A stretch of 63,557 nucleotides of DNA, filler included, from Pelomyxa schiedti (taxonomy: Eukaryota > Protista > Evosea): the NCBI GenBank assembly GCA_020536535.1. It is 6 parts of 6 records of this genome, joined end to end, with 100 filler letters (N's around TTAATTAATTAA, not from the genome) between each part and the next. Parts side by side here need not be neighbours in the genome. Positions count along the whole stretch, not along the records: positions 1 to 24,413 come from JAHLWZ010000289.1; positions 24,514 to 36,708 come from JAHLWZ010001219.1; 4 more parts are not named here. The stretch is one strand, 5' to 3'. Positions 13,451-25,342 of the stretch are shown piece after piece. Every line of letters begins with the position of its first letter. Position 1 is the stretch's first letter. The translations under genes were made by a program, and so were the position numbers. The notes below the pieces were generated by a model. That model was not told the origin of the DNA. It did no database searches and worked only from the letters and a program-made list of their open reading frames with translations.

Positions 13451-15589
13451 GGGATTTGTACCTTGTGGGAACGGTGCGGTGTACCTCAAGGGATGGTCAC
13501 TGCTAGCTCACTCAACAACTCACAAATGAGCTCTGAGCGGTGCAGTGGTTGTTGCCAGCGTCAACGCTCACAGCTCCGAGGGTAGTGGCAAGAAAAGAAC
13601 AGTAAAAAAACGCCATGCATGGGTGAGTGACAACATGAAGTCTTCGCTTGAGTTGCCATCCTTCCGTGCGGGCCCAATCATCACATCCCAGCAAGTCTTG
13701 ATGCTAACAAAAGGGTGGAGGGTGGTCTTTGACCCAACCAGGAGAATAAAGAAAGGCCCCTTTAAAGACCCCAAAGAAGTTCTTTATCTAAGAGAAGAAG
13801 TTGCTCCCCAGACAAGACGGAGGAGGATCAGGACTATCCATACGTACCAACACCAGCCGGTTTGGTGGAAAAAATCTGTTCTGCCGATGGAGGTCTCCCA
13901 GATGGTGCATTTTTTTTCTTCGGAGCACATAGGCCGTATCGACCTACATTCATTCATTCATTCATTCATTCTAGATGTAATCTGTGTGGCTGTGAGTCCG
14001 TATTCCCCCTCTAGAGGGGTTGGTTGGTTATCAAAACAAGTGAAAAGGGTTCCAGCTCAACAAGTTGATTTTCATTCGCACTGAAATGTGCACCAAACTC
14101 TGGGGCTAGCAAGCCAAGGAGCACTAATAACACCAAAGATTAGTTTGACTGACACTGGTGTTGTTCAGAAGTAGGCGGGACATTAAAAAAAAAAATAAAA
14201 AACCACCAGGCAGGCAGGGAACAAGTGGTCTGACTGTCAATTGGAATATCGCCCGCCATGACAGCAACAAGACACGATGGAGAGGCCGTGACGACCACTC
14301 TTCGAAGAGTTGTTCCAGGAGGAAACAAAAAAAAAAAACAAGTGCCGCTCCCAGCCGTGATGCATCTAATCCCACAATGACGGAGGCCAACCAGCTACCG
14401 CCCTGCAGGCCAACTCGAGCGACACCAGCACGCTCCCTCTCACACCACTTTCCGTCGCCACCCACGATCTACCAATTACCACCGCTCTCGCGCAAAGTCC
14501 ATCAACGTCGCGGACGCCACCATGCCGGAGCTAACAACGATCGTGGAATTCCTCTTTCGTCATCAAATCCACACACATCCCACTTCATCCCCTGGGAGAC
14601 ATCGATAATGCAGAATGTCTCCGTCCTTGGCGGGTTATCGACCTGACTCCTCATCAACCACTCTCCTCAATCGTCACTTTCTGGTTTGAAAACAAACAGA
14701 AGAACAGCCACACCGGTGGTTGATTTGTGAGAGGCAATGCATGCAACGAGATCTTCGTTGTCGCTCTCAGTGCTATTTTCAAGTGCAACTGCGCTCTCTA
14801 AGTCTATTTTCCTGAAAGCAAGATCAGACAAAATCAAGCCGAAAATTCACCAGGCAACCAAGGACAATCAATGCACCGGGAAGTGGTTCACAGGCAGCAA
14901 ATCGTTCTCGCCCCCCTGCCTCCTCCACTTTTAAGCAGAGCCGGGGTGCCCTCCGTAAGCTTTTTTCTACTTCAGCAACTAAGTTATCGGTTTCGGCAGC
15001 AACGCTCACACTCTCCTCACCGTTTCAGGGGAATACCTTTCGTAGAGTTACAGTTCGGAACAGGATTACAGGCCAAGTGCAAGTGAGTGTAATTTAATTT
15101 CCTCGTTCCTCTCCCATTCCACCAACAATAATTGGACTGATCCGAACTCTCACAGATACAAAAACCCTGGGGATGGCTTTATGATGAAGGACGGAAAACC
15201 TACTTAGCACTGATAGGTGTGCGTGAGATGTTTTTATGCCTGTAACACTTTTTCCAGAGTCGGAAGTGTACAGTGAGAAGCAATTCACCTTACGAAGAGA
15301 AAAGATTACAGGTGGAACCCATACTGAAGGTGATGAGCCAGAATCACGGGTCTGCCTAACGTATGGTCCTCCCTCAGAGTCCCTAGTCTCATCAGAAACT
15401 TGTCCTTCAGAGCTGAAGTGGAGATGACTGTGGGGGAGCAAAAACTGATGATTGGTCACTCTGTTTATCTAAACCATGGCAACAGCATTATTATCGGCAG
15501 TCAATGTAAAAATCAACTGCAAGATTTTTTCTTTAACTCCAAAAATAAAAGGCATCTATTTCTACTGGCATGATGAGTGTAATAAAAAT

Positions 15590-16151
15590 GGAGTATTTGA
15601 GAACCAGAGTAACCCTGAGCCTAAGCAATACCGCATTTTGTGGGAAGAAGGCAAACTTGGAAGGTGATCTGATTCTTCAAAATGAATCGTATCCTTGACT
15701 TGGGTTTTTTTCTTCCAGTGGTGAGTTCTCTTCAGTATGGCCTACTTTGTGCAGTGATGGTCGTAGAGTTGTCACCAAGGTAATTTTATATGTGATTGGC
15801 CCATCGATAATAGAGAATGACAAAAAAAAAAAAGGTTGTATCTCTGAATAAGTTCCGCAGCTCCCAAGAATTAATCGGGGATAGCAACCTTAAGTACGAC
15901 CATGAGTCCCCTATCAAGATTGTTGCTGATGTGTTACTTGGGGTGTATCTTTTGTTGGCGTGTTCCCAGAAGTCCGCCGCTTCTGGGTGGCCTGAGTATG
16001 GTGCATAGAGGCCGAGGATGTCTATGGCTTGATTCTCCCAGAGAATTTGAACCTTGGACATTCGGCCTTCCATCAGGACTTCGGGTTGTGTGGGGTTGAG
16101 GGATTTAAGAATCCCTACTGCCACACCATCTGAGTTTTGGCGTCCATTCAA
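15590..16151 (-). mobile_element. Degenerate APE/EEP endonuclease of an L1-like non-LTR retrotransposon
   Basis: GVAVGI...EGR...ILGLYAP...FW...ILIGD, then EESDHLP and GSGLLWFSNTPFLL in another frame. Confidence 0.8.
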
Positions 16152-16388
16152 GAACCACCAGTATTTTGGGTTCAGGTTGCAGGTGTTGTAGTGTGCTTGT
16201 TCTGTGGAGTGCGTTTCTGTGATTACAAGGATAGGTGCGTTGATTGCATTGATTGTGTCTTTGATTTGTTTGAGTTTGGGTGTTGTATGGGTGGATTGGG
16301 TTGGTGGGGTTGGTCAGTGGACAGTGGTTTTTTTGTTGTGGATGTTGGAGGCACCTAGGTACCTAACTCTCTGTAGGTCCACTTCCCT

Positions 16389-16582
16389 GTTGTTCAGACG
16401 TGTGGAACGCCCGAACAAGCGCACCCGAACATTGAGAATTGGGGAAGTGGGAGAAGGAGAGGACACAGACACATGAGTCCCTGGGTCGCCAACATCCCAA
16501 ACAAGACAGCTTTACCTGACTTTGGGAGGGCAGATGATTCCCATCGACCACCACCAATGGAATTCAATGTTCGGGTGTGCTT
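16389..16582. repeat. Partial third copy of the 121-386 repeat arm, with its own short inverted repeat
   Basis: TGTTCAGACGTGTGGAACGCCCGAACAAGCGCACCCGAAC matches 159-199. 16417-16440 is inverted at 16560-16582. Confidence 0.75.
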
Positions 16583-16599
16583 TTCGCTGCGAACCCGGT

Positions 16600-17270
16600 T
16601 GTTACGGGGGTGGATGGGGGTTGGAGAGGCGCATATCTTGGGGGTGATCCTGTTATCCTATATAGATTTTTATTCTTCAAATAATGGGAAATTGCTTTTA
16701 AACACATGAAGAAGAGAAGTGCTCCCACCCCCCCACACATCACAGTTCACCCTGTTTTCCGAGGGCTCACTGTAGCTTATATCCAGCTCAGGTCAGAACT
16801 CAGGAGCCATGAAGCCTTTTGCACCACAGGGAACTGCTTTATGAACCTTCGAAAATTGAATTGCATGACCAAAGCCAACCAAGTGTGCTTTTGGGCAATC
16901 GGGGAGGCAGTCAACAATGACGTTTGATGGCTGTGTGGGAAAAAAGGAATATTAGTTGTTCCAATTGGAAATGTATATAAATTATGGCTTACGTGAACGT
17001 TGCGGTGACATAAGCCATGGTGTTCCAAACACGTTAATGCCTCGAGCACATCCCGCAGTATTCTGCCCATCTGCGTTTCAGTGAAAGCCACCTTTTCATT
17101 AACCACCAAACATTCCAGTTGTTTCCCAGGAACCCTTTTTTTTTTTGTTTACATTGAGCTGAAGTATGACACATTGAATGTTACTTCTCCATTACTATCC
17201 ACAGTATTCTGCCCATCTGAGTTTCAGTGAAAGACACCTTTTCATTAACCACCAAACATTCCAGTTGTTT
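16600..17270 (-). pseudogene. Protein kinase remnant with a tandemly duplicated exon segment
   Basis: FTETQMGRILRDVLEALTCLEHHGLCHRNVH and GFGHA...GAKGFMAPEF*. A 69-bp direct repeat lies at 17056-17124 and 17202-17270. Confidence 0.75.
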
Positions 17271-20200
17271 TGAAGTACAGATGTAAGAATTGGGGACATA
17301 CAAAGAGAAATTGCCCATATGCTAGTAGTAGAGGTGAATCCCCCAATAGAAGCAAGTCGCCACATCGTGAGCATACTTATTGCATAAGACCGATCCAAGA
17401 TGGAAGTGATGGGGTGTTCGATAAAGAGTGTGATACAGGATCCGTACACACTATACCAGCACGTGGTTGTAGGGGTGGATCCAGGCGGGAAGGTACCTCT
17501 CGCCTGTATGATCTTGATGCCTCTGCGGTGTCAGCGGGCGCAGTGAGCCCATTTCCACCCGTACAAAGACCTCTACTTGGTCGTACGAATCTCAGCCAGA
17601 TGAGGAAATTCCTGGGGGGTCCGGACATGTAAGGGGTCTGCTGTGGTTGTTAACTTCAAGCCGGGAGGGTTGGAGAAACCTCCGTCGGGCTGTCTTGGAA
17701 AGGGTATTCTCCGCAAAAAGTCTGAAGTGCACATATGCAACTCTAACGGAAGATTTCGTTTCACACCTACATATTTGACAGTTAGATTGGCAAATCACAA
17801 ACGAGATGCATGCCTGGACTCTGGTTCAGGATACTCCCTCATTAGTGCAAACATATTGAAGGAAATTCAGGCATCAGATCCAAGAAGCATAAAAAAGGAG
17901 GCAGATTTTATAGGTGACTGCCTTACAGCAGGAAAGACAGAACTGCAAATTGACAAATCAGTGACATTGGCATTCTGGCTAGCAGGGCGAATGCTATAAT
18001 TCCCCTTTGGTATTGTCAAAAACATAAACAACTTGTTCCTACTTGGAAACGACTTCCGCTACGCATTTGAAGTGGTATTGGTATCCCCAGACATCATAGA
18101 TTTCCCGTGGCGCAAAGGAGTTAGAACGAACTCCACAGTACAGCCGCACAGGATCTTCATAACAGCACCAGTAGACCAGATCTACCCAGCACGCCAACAG
18201 GTAGTGGAACAGATGCCCGTCGCATTTGCTGAAGAAGACTGTTACTATACCATGCGTAGCGCAAATACCCTACCTGCGGATCTAGGAATAGCGAATACCG
18301 CAGGTGTCGAAGTCAACAATGGGACAGTAGTGCTATGTATCACAAACTTCACACAGAATCCAAGTGAAGCGAGGCACCATACTTGCCACACTGGATAAAG
18401 CTCAGTCTCCCAGGGATAAGAAATTCAACACGGGAACTCCCCTCTCAACGACAGCCTTCGATACATTCAACTGGGCAACTGCCCTAGGGCATCTGGAGGA
18501 GAATCAGAAGGAAGAAATAAGGAACATACTCACCGATTTCAAGCATCTCTTTGTAGAGAAATTAGAACTTGGGGCACATACAACAGTAACGGGCATTGTG
18601 GACCATGTTATTGATACTGGGGAGGCACGGCCCGTCATAGCAAAAGGCCGCAAACACTCCGAGAAAGAGCACAGCATCATCGAAGAAGAAACGAGGAAAT
18701 ACATCAAGATGGGTATCGTCCGGCCAAGCTTCAGTAATTGGTCCAGCCCTGTAGTGCTTGCACCCAAGAAGGATGGAACTGTCCGGTTTTGTGTGAACTA
18801 TAGGAAACTGAACTCCGTCACACGACGAGATGTCCACCCCCTACCACATATCGAGGAGTGCCTATCCACACTCGCAGAAAATGCCTTCTTAACGCTAGTA
18901 GACCTGTGTTCAGGGTACTGGCAAGTCCCTATAGCGGAGCAGGATAAGTCAAAGACAGCGTTCATGACAAGGCAAGGGCTCTTTGAGTTCAATGTGTTAC
19001 ATTTTGGCCTATGTAATGCACCAGCTACTTTCCAAAGGTTGATGAACATAGTGCTCAGTGGACTGCTCTGGGAGCAGTGCCTAGTGTATATTGACGATAT
19101 TCTTATTTTTGGCCGTACCCTTGCAGAACATAACGCCAGATTGCATGAAGTCCTCGTCAGGCTCGACCGAGCAAACCTACACATCCGCTTATCCAAGTGC
19201 GACTTCGCGAAAGTAGAGCTACAGTATTTGGGGCACATGGTCTCACCACAGGGTATTCGCATCAATCCAACATTAATACAGGCCGTAGCAGATTTCCCCA
19301 AGCCACAATGTGTAAAAGATGTGCAAAGTTTCCTAGGCCGTTCAGGAAAAAGCATTCCAGGCTTTGCGATCAGCATACTAGGGTTCCCAGATATGATAAA
19401 GCCTTTCTGTGTAGAATCAGATGCCTCGGGAATCGGAGTTGGAGCTACGTTGTACCAAGTGACACCTAAAGGCAGATCAACCATAGCATACTGGAGTAGG
19501 GTCTCGTCTTGCACTGAAAGGAACTATGATACACGGGAACGAGAGTGCTTAGCCGCGGTTGAAGCAATAAAGCACTGGAGGCAATATCTCCATGGAGCAA
19601 CTGTGACGCTGTATACTGATCATGCCGCCCTCAAGTACCTCATGGAAGCAAAAAATCTCACAGGAAGATTAGCTCGGTGGGCCTTGACGCTGCTGCAATA
19701 CAATATAGCCATACAGCACAGACCAGGGAAGGCCCTAGTGGTACCGCACACACTGTCACATTACCCACAGAGTGGTGTGGTCAACTTTGTCGAGATAGGA
19801 CAAGCGCAACAAGACCTAGTGCTGGCCCAGAGCCATGACACCTACATTCAAGACATTAGGGCAGTACTGGAGGGAAAGGAAATTACCTCAACTGATGCTC
19901 GTTGGAAACGTGAGCTGTTACTAACCGCAGAACAGTTCCTGCTTGGTGATGATAACATCATGTACCGATGGGTAACTTTCTCTATAAGACAGCCACCTTT
20001 GCTGTGTGTAGTCCTGCCCGTGGTCAAAAGGGAAGATATCATGCATGAGTACCATGATTCACCATACGCTGGAGGCCACCTGTCGTTTGCCCGAACGTAC
20101 GATAAAATCCGACGACGATACTGGTGGAAAAACATGAGTACAGATGTCTACAAGTACTGTAAAACATGCCTGCAATGCCAAGAGTACAAGGGAACGCAGC

Positions 20201-21567
20201 ACATCCATGCAGGGACACCCAGGAGTCTCCCAGTGGCCTCCTGCCCCAACAACATTGTAGGCATCGACTATGTGGGTAAGCTTTCCAAAACAAGGAATGG
20301 CAACCAATACATACTGGTGATGATCGATCATTTCTCCCACTGGCCAGAGGCCTACGCTGTGCCTGAGGCCGACGGCGCCACTACAGCCCGCATATTTGTA
20401 GATCACTGGATATGCAATAAGGGCACACCAGATATTCTAGTCTCAGATCAAGGGACACATTTCCTCAATGACCTTGTTGACGAGGTAAACAGGGTGTTTC
20501 AGATAGAACAACGGAAAACCACTGCATACCACCCACAAACAAATGGGCAGACGGAACGCTTCAATCGCACATTAATAGATATGCTGAGGATATACGCGGA
20601 CAAACACAAGGATACTTGGGACTGCTTCCTCCAGCCAGTGCTAGCAGCCTACAGAGCAAGCATAAACCCAACAACTGGAGAATCACCATATTTCCTAATG
20701 CACGGCCGCGAAATGCGATTGCCTGAAGACACTTACCTCAAGAATAGGGAGGAGAATGCGAACATACAGACTTACAAAGCGGAATGGATCCGTGGACTGC
20801 GTGAGGCACAAGCATTCGTTCGCTGCATGATAGAAAAGGAAAAACTACGCCAAGAACGTAATTCTAGGGAGAACATGAGGAAGTACACATACCCAATAGG
20901 GCAGCAAGTCTGGCTATTCACAAATCAAATCACCAGGCAAGAAGACATGATAGCACGAAAGTTTGTACCGCGATGGCGAGGCCCGTTCCGCGTTATTGAC
21001 TGCCTAGGGGAAGACTTATATCAACTGGAAAGCAAGGAGGGGGTACCCTTCACCCAATTGATCCATGTAAATAGAATAAAACCATACACCCCAAGGGAAA
21101 TTCCAACAGAGAAACCTGACATCTTAGACACATTTGACCCTCAATTGGAAACACCTGATGTGTATAAGGACGACAAAAAGGGAGGCGACAAGAAAACCGG
21201 AAAGCCATTGCTTCAGACAAAGAGATCTCAGGCCGCATTCAACAAATACGCAATAGATCCGTTGCAAAATGTAGAGGCGCAAGACCCAGAGTGGTACCCA
21301 GAAACCGACACAGACACTACAACGGGGAAAGCCGCATCACCAACAACACCATCTGGCAGGCCACAGAGAACTAGGCGATCTCCGGCACGCTTCCAAGACT
21401 ACGACATGACGGTCTGCAGGGACGCAGACCCTTCAGGGGGGGAATAATCTGTGAGAATGGACCGTTGATTGTTCGCGGAAGGTCTTCTGATTTGGATCTC
21501 TGGGAAACATACTCAGAGTGTGACTCAGCCTATAACTACACCAACCACCAACATAACAAAGGAGTTA
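17270..21567 (+). mobile_element. Ty3/Gypsy LTR retrotransposon, 5'-truncated and defective; 3' LTR cut by a gap
   Basis: Gag knuckle RCKNWGHTKRNC, protease CLDSGS, and domain order RT-RNase H-integrase. The PPT AGGGGGGGAA at 21435-21444 is followed by a TG-start LTR at 21450. Confidence 0.95.
18364..21447 (+). CDS. pol: Gypsy pol (RT, RNase H, integrase with GPF motif) with an in-frame deletion between RT and RNase H
   Basis: KKDGTVRFCVNYRKLN, FGLCNAPATFQR, VYIDDILI, ESDASGIGVGA, HHCC (GHL...CLQC), VSDQGTHF, YHPQTNGQTERFN and RWRGPF. Confidence 0.95.
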   Translation: MKRGTILATLDKAQSPRDKKFNTGTPLSTTAFDTFNWATALGHLEENQKEEIRNILTDFKHLFVEKLELGAHTTVTGIVDHVIDTGEARPVIAKGRKHSEKEHSIIEEETRKYIKMGIVRPSFSNWSSPVVLAPKKDGTVRFCVNYRKLNSVTRRDVHPLPHIEECLSTLAENAFLTLVDLCSGYWQVPIAEQDKSKTAFMTRQGLFEFNVLHFGLCNAPATFQRLMNIVLSGLLWEQCLVYIDDILIFGRTLAEHNARLHEVLVRLDRANLHIRLSKCDFAKVELQYLGHMVSPQGIRINPTLIQAVADFPKPQCVKDVQSFLGRSGKSIPGFAISILGFPDMIKPFCVESDASGIGVGATLYQVTPKGRSTIAYWSRVSSCTERNYDTRERECLAAVEAIKHWRQYLHGATVTLYTDHAALKYLMEAKNLTGRLARWALTLLQYNIAIQHRPGKALVVPHTLSHYPQSGVVNFVEIGQAQQDLVLAQSHDTYIQDIRAVLEGKEITSTDARWKRELLLTAEQFLLGDDNIMYRWVTFSIRQPPLLCVVLPVVKREDIMHEYHDSPYAGGHLSFARTYDKIRRRYWWKNMSTDVYKYCKTCLQCQEYKGTQHIHAGTPRSLPVASCPNNIVGIDYVGKLSKTRNGNQYILVMIDHFSHWPEAYAVPEADGATTARIFVDHWICNKGTPDILVSDQGTHFLNDLVDEVNRVFQIEQRKTTAYHPQTNGQTERFNRTLIDMLRIYADKHKDTWDCFLQPVLAAYRASINPTTGESPYFLMHGREMRLPEDTYLKNREENANIQTYKAEWIRGLREAQAFVRCMIEKEKLRQERNSRENMRKYTYPIGQQVWLFTNQITRQEDMIARKFVPRWRGPFRVIDCLGEDLYQLESKEGVPFTQLIHVNRIKPYTPREIPTEKPDILDTFDPQLETPDVYKDDKKGGDKKTGKPLLQTKRSQAAFNKYAIDPLQNVEAQDPEWYPETDTDTTTGKAASPTTPSGRPQRTRRSPARFQDYDMTVCRDADPSGGE

Positions 21568-21667
21568 NNNNNNNNNNNNNNNNNNNNNNNNNNNNNNNNN
21601 NNNNNNNNNNNNNNNNNNNNNNNNNNNNNNNNNNNNNNNNNNNNNNNNNNNNNNNNNNNNNNNNNNN
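21568..21667. other. Scaffold gap (N100)
   Basis: Run of 100 N. Confidence 0.99.
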
Positions 21668-22157
21668 CCACCAATGGCTTGGTTTCCGACTTCCACCCCA
21701 AATTACTGAACTTTATCATTACGTGAGAAGACACAAACCTTTTTCTGTGCGTCAGGGGCAGCATTTTCAGTTGGCAACAACGCAGGCAGCAGAGGGCGTG
21801 CCTCGTCGCGTGATGGGTAATATCCATATTTGGGAACTGGCGCTGCAGTTACGCCGTTTGGGGCGTTCTGGTCCGAACGGTCCCCCGCTGGCACTGGAAC
21901 AACAACGTATGACTCGATCATTCCTCCTTTAGGTTCTTTGCTTTTTGCGCAGTTTTTTCTCCGAATCGGCAAAATTTGGGGAAGGTTAAGGAACTGAAGG
22001 AGGCGGAGGAGGGGAGATGTTAGGGGCTGGGGGTGTAAAGTCCGGTCATTACCGGAGCGCACCAACGCGCCCCAGAAGCAGAGACGCAGCCCCAGATTAG
22101 CGGATTTCTGATCAGTGATGGCTTAAGACGTCGCCTCACACTAACAAAGAAAAAACA

Positions 22158-23708
22158 ATGGGTCTCTTCCAATCGAAGGAGTCCAAGACGCCGGCACTTG
22201 CATCTCTCGCCGAAGTCGACCGCCGAGCACCAGCTACAACGAAGAGACCCGCCGACGGCAGTGACAGCACCCGCGTCTACGCAGCCCCCTTGCCGTTCCC
22301 CCTCAAGCGCACCAACGCGCCCCTGAAGCTGAGACGCAGCCCCAAGAGGCCGCGCGTGCGCACGCCCGTCGTCTTCCCCCCAGGCGCCGGCACCACCTGC
22401 TCGGGCGTCCCCAAGCGCAAGCTCGCCCCGACGCAGCGCCAGCACGGCAGGTGGGTGCGCACCAACATCGAGAAGTGGGACCGCACCCACGGCAACACCG
22501 AGCCCGAACCCGAACCCAAAACCGAAACCACACACAAAGTCGAGCGGAGCCTGGCCGAGCAGCTGCTGGCCTTTGCGTGCGCGTCGCACCCGACGTGCGG
22601 GGCGCGCAGCGCGGCGGCGCTCATGTGGCGGCACGACGGCCTGCCCGCCAACCTGCGCAGGGTGATTGCCGAGTCCGACCTGTTCTTTGCTGTGTGTGTC
22701 ACTGCCCCAAAGTTCCGTGTGTTCCACTTTGGCGTTTCGCCGCTCACTCTGGGCGTATCTGCTGAGCCACGCGAGGTCTATGTCAAGCACATGCAGTGCC
22801 GCAAGGCAACTTTTGCTGACCTATCGCATATTATCTTTGTCAAGAAGGAGCTTCTCAGTCACTCCCGTGCACGGTATTTGTTGATTGATGCACTGACCGG
22901 AAGGAAAGAAATCCTGCTTCAAGGCACGCACTCTTACACTCGGCACACGGCCAATCACCAGTGGTGGGTGTGCTATGACTTGCATGATAAGGTTCTACAT
23001 GTAGAAAACTTGGTGGAGAAGAGATACATCTGCTGTGCTGCAGGTGACATCGATGTTCCAAAGTACACAGGTGCATTCATGTACTTGAGCAAGATAAACC
23101 GAAATGAGTTGGTGATTTGCATTGAACGTGAGGAATTGAGTGGTAAACTCTACATCTTTGTGATCAACGTTGAACAGAGCTTTCGTCAGGAATATTCCGT
23201 CATTACCTACCAAACATGTTGTCCGATACCATCAAACCAACACTATGGCTCCAGTGTTGTTATCTCCAGTCTTGGCTTGGCTCACAGGGAGAGCGGACAT
23301 AAAATGGGCACAAATGGCCTCATCTTGAGAACCAAGCACGCTAACCTCGTGACTGGAGACCTGTTCCATGTTGTGGAAGCCAAAAACAGTTCAAAATGCA
23401 AGCAACTATCAAGTTACGTGACGGCACTCGAGCAAGTTGACTTCCACCGCTTTTGCATATCCAAGCAAGACAGATACGAGATATGGGGATACACTGGAGT
23501 TAACGAAGAAACACCACACCAACTGAAGGAAATCACTTGCTTCCTCCCTTTGGAGCCACTCACGACCGTGTTTGCAGAAGCCGGCTTCCTTTTCAAGGTT
23601 CAAAGGGTGGCCAACTCGATTGAGGTGAGACACGCCAAGACCTGCTTTCCCATCTTCACTGTGAGGTTGGACCATGCGTGGAAGCTCACCATCACACAAG
23701 TTGTCTGA
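22158..23708 (+). CDS. Intact PRCG-family protein, 516 aa (short helical motif plus beta-rich C-terminal region)
   Basis: Long intronless ORF starting MGLFQS, with motif EQLLAFACASHPTCGARSAAALMWRHDGLP. Confidence 0.85.
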   Translation: MGLFQSKESKTPALASLAEVDRRAPATTKRPADGSDSTRVYAAPLPFPLKRTNAPLKLRRSPKRPRVRTPVVFPPGAGTTCSGVPKRKLAPTQRQHGRWVRTNIEKWDRTHGNTEPEPEPKTETTHKVERSLAEQLLAFACASHPTCGARSAAALMWRHDGLPANLRRVIAESDLFFAVCVTAPKFRVFHFGVSPLTLGVSAEPREVYVKHMQCRKATFADLSHIIFVKKELLSHSRARYLLIDALTGRKEILLQGTHSYTRHTANHQWWVCYDLHDKVLHVENLVEKRYICCAAGDIDVPKYTGAFMYLSKINRNELVICIEREELSGKLYIFVINVEQSFRQEYSVITYQTCCPIPSNQHYGSSVVISSLGLAHRESGHKMGTNGLILRTKHANLVTGDLFHVVEAKNSSKCKQLSSYVTALEQVDFHRFCISKQDRYEIWGYTGVNEETPHQLKEITCFLPLEPLTTVFAEAGFLFKVQRVANSIEVRHAKTCFPIFTVRLDHAWKLTITQVV

Positions 23709-24413
23709 TCACACAACATCAAGGAAATTTTTCCAACATCAAGGGTCCTTGTACCAACTCTTATTATGTTCAAACAACTTTATTAGGCCGGTTTTGTGTT
23801 GCGTGTGCATATCTGGAGCCCAGGGGCGGTCATTTTACATAGAGGAAAAACCACCTGATGTAATTTAGGGTGGTCACCTATCATTTCCTGTGTATCCTGC
23901 AGTCAAAAACTCCAACCAGAGGTCCCACAGAGTGTTGAACAGGTTAAAAAAGTGTTTCCCCCCATTTTCCAGCCGTCGGTGTCCATGACAAGGCTTCCGT
24001 ATTTTAATTTTAGTTTAATTATATTTATTTATTTTGTTTTTTTTTTTTTATTTTATTTACTTATTATTGTTATACAATGCAATGGACACAGTGTTTCCGT
24101 TTGTGTTTTAAGTCTTACTCTCTCCCACTAGGGCTGTCCATGGTTGTCACACTTCAATGGATGCCTCAAGCCGGAACCTGCGTGTATGTTTTGTCTTCTC
24201 TGTTTTTATTTTTCGTTTCTCACCCCAAAAACCAGGTGGTGTTGTGGGTATCATGGAAGCATCGCCGGCCTTCTGATCTCCAGCAGTTTGGTCACTAGTG
24301 TGTGGCTTCTTCTTTCTTCTTTTTCTCGTTTCACCTGAGAATAGGTGGTGGATTTTCCACTTACAGTGTAACGTCGCCAAGGTAAATCCCCCTCTCCATA
24401 TTCATCATCACCC

Positions 24414-24513
24414 NNNNNNNNNNNNNNNNNNNNNNNNNNNNNNNNNNNNNNNNNNNNTTAATTAATTAANNNNNNNNNNNNNNNNNNNNNNNNNNNNNNN
24501 NNNNNNNNNNNNN
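24414..24513. other. Artificial contig linker (also at 36709-36808, 55417-55516, 60581-60680, 62237-62336)
   Basis: N44-TTAATTAATTAA-N44, which places stops in all six frames. Confidence 0.99.
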
Positions 24514-25342
24514 AATAGCTATTGGAAGGCTATCACATAGCACCGTACACCACATTCTTTCATTCCTGTCCCCTGTCCACTGGTTCTGAATATGCCTCAA
24601 CAATCAGCAGAAATAAACGGAAGTGGTAAACATAAGTACCAACAGCCCCAGTGACAGCAATAGCAACAACAAGAAACAAAACGAAGAAAACAGAGACATA
24701 AGCGGAGACAACTTCAGAGCAAAGCATAACCCAAGCTCAGAAACAACACCACAGTTCACGCTCGTAACCCTTGTAACTTTGTGCATTACAGCCACAAATA
24801 GCTCCCTTTAAATAAAAAAAAAATCGTTTGAAACAACACACGACACCAACAGAGTGTTGTGAAAATTTGGAGGTTGCTCGGTGCATGTTCGGAGGTGGGT
24901 CCGAGGGAGAGGAAATGAGCGCCTCGGGCGCCCTCTTTCCCGTGGTCATGGCCATTATGGGATGGTTGCAGAGTCCCGAAATGGTGCAAGGATTTGGATG
25001 GAGGCAACCTCTTCGCCAAATCGAACTCCCCCTGAACTCGCTTCACAACATCCATACTACCGCGCAGGAAAGCCATTTCAACGAGTGGAGTTGTTCAAGC
25101 CACTTGGAAGCGCAGCAAGTTGTTGGAAAAGAGTCTGAAAGATCAGAAACGATCTTTCAGAGGTTGGCCCCATGGTGTTTGGGGCAGGCCGCCACAGGGC
25201 AAAACACTGACACTTCCAGGTCAGTGAGTTGTTGGATAGCACAATTTTACCGTTATGAAAAATGTGTAGTACAACGCAAAGAGATATCTCCCATTTTCAT
25301 TCAAAAAAACAAGTTCTCATCTTGTTCTTAGCAAGGGAGGTG

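Noticed and set aside
13478-13495. GVPQG as an RT motif on the + strand
   Set aside because: It is isolated, with no downstream YxDD in frame.
13545-15480. ORFs of 110-180 aa
   Set aside because: No recognisable motifs; likely decayed or non-coding sequence.
24414-24513. TTAATTAATTAA palindrome repeated five times
   Set aside because: It is an artificial contig spacer inside N runs.
24828-25331. Ankyrin-like remnant (CCENLEVARCMF)
   Set aside because: A single weak motif is not enough to support the call.
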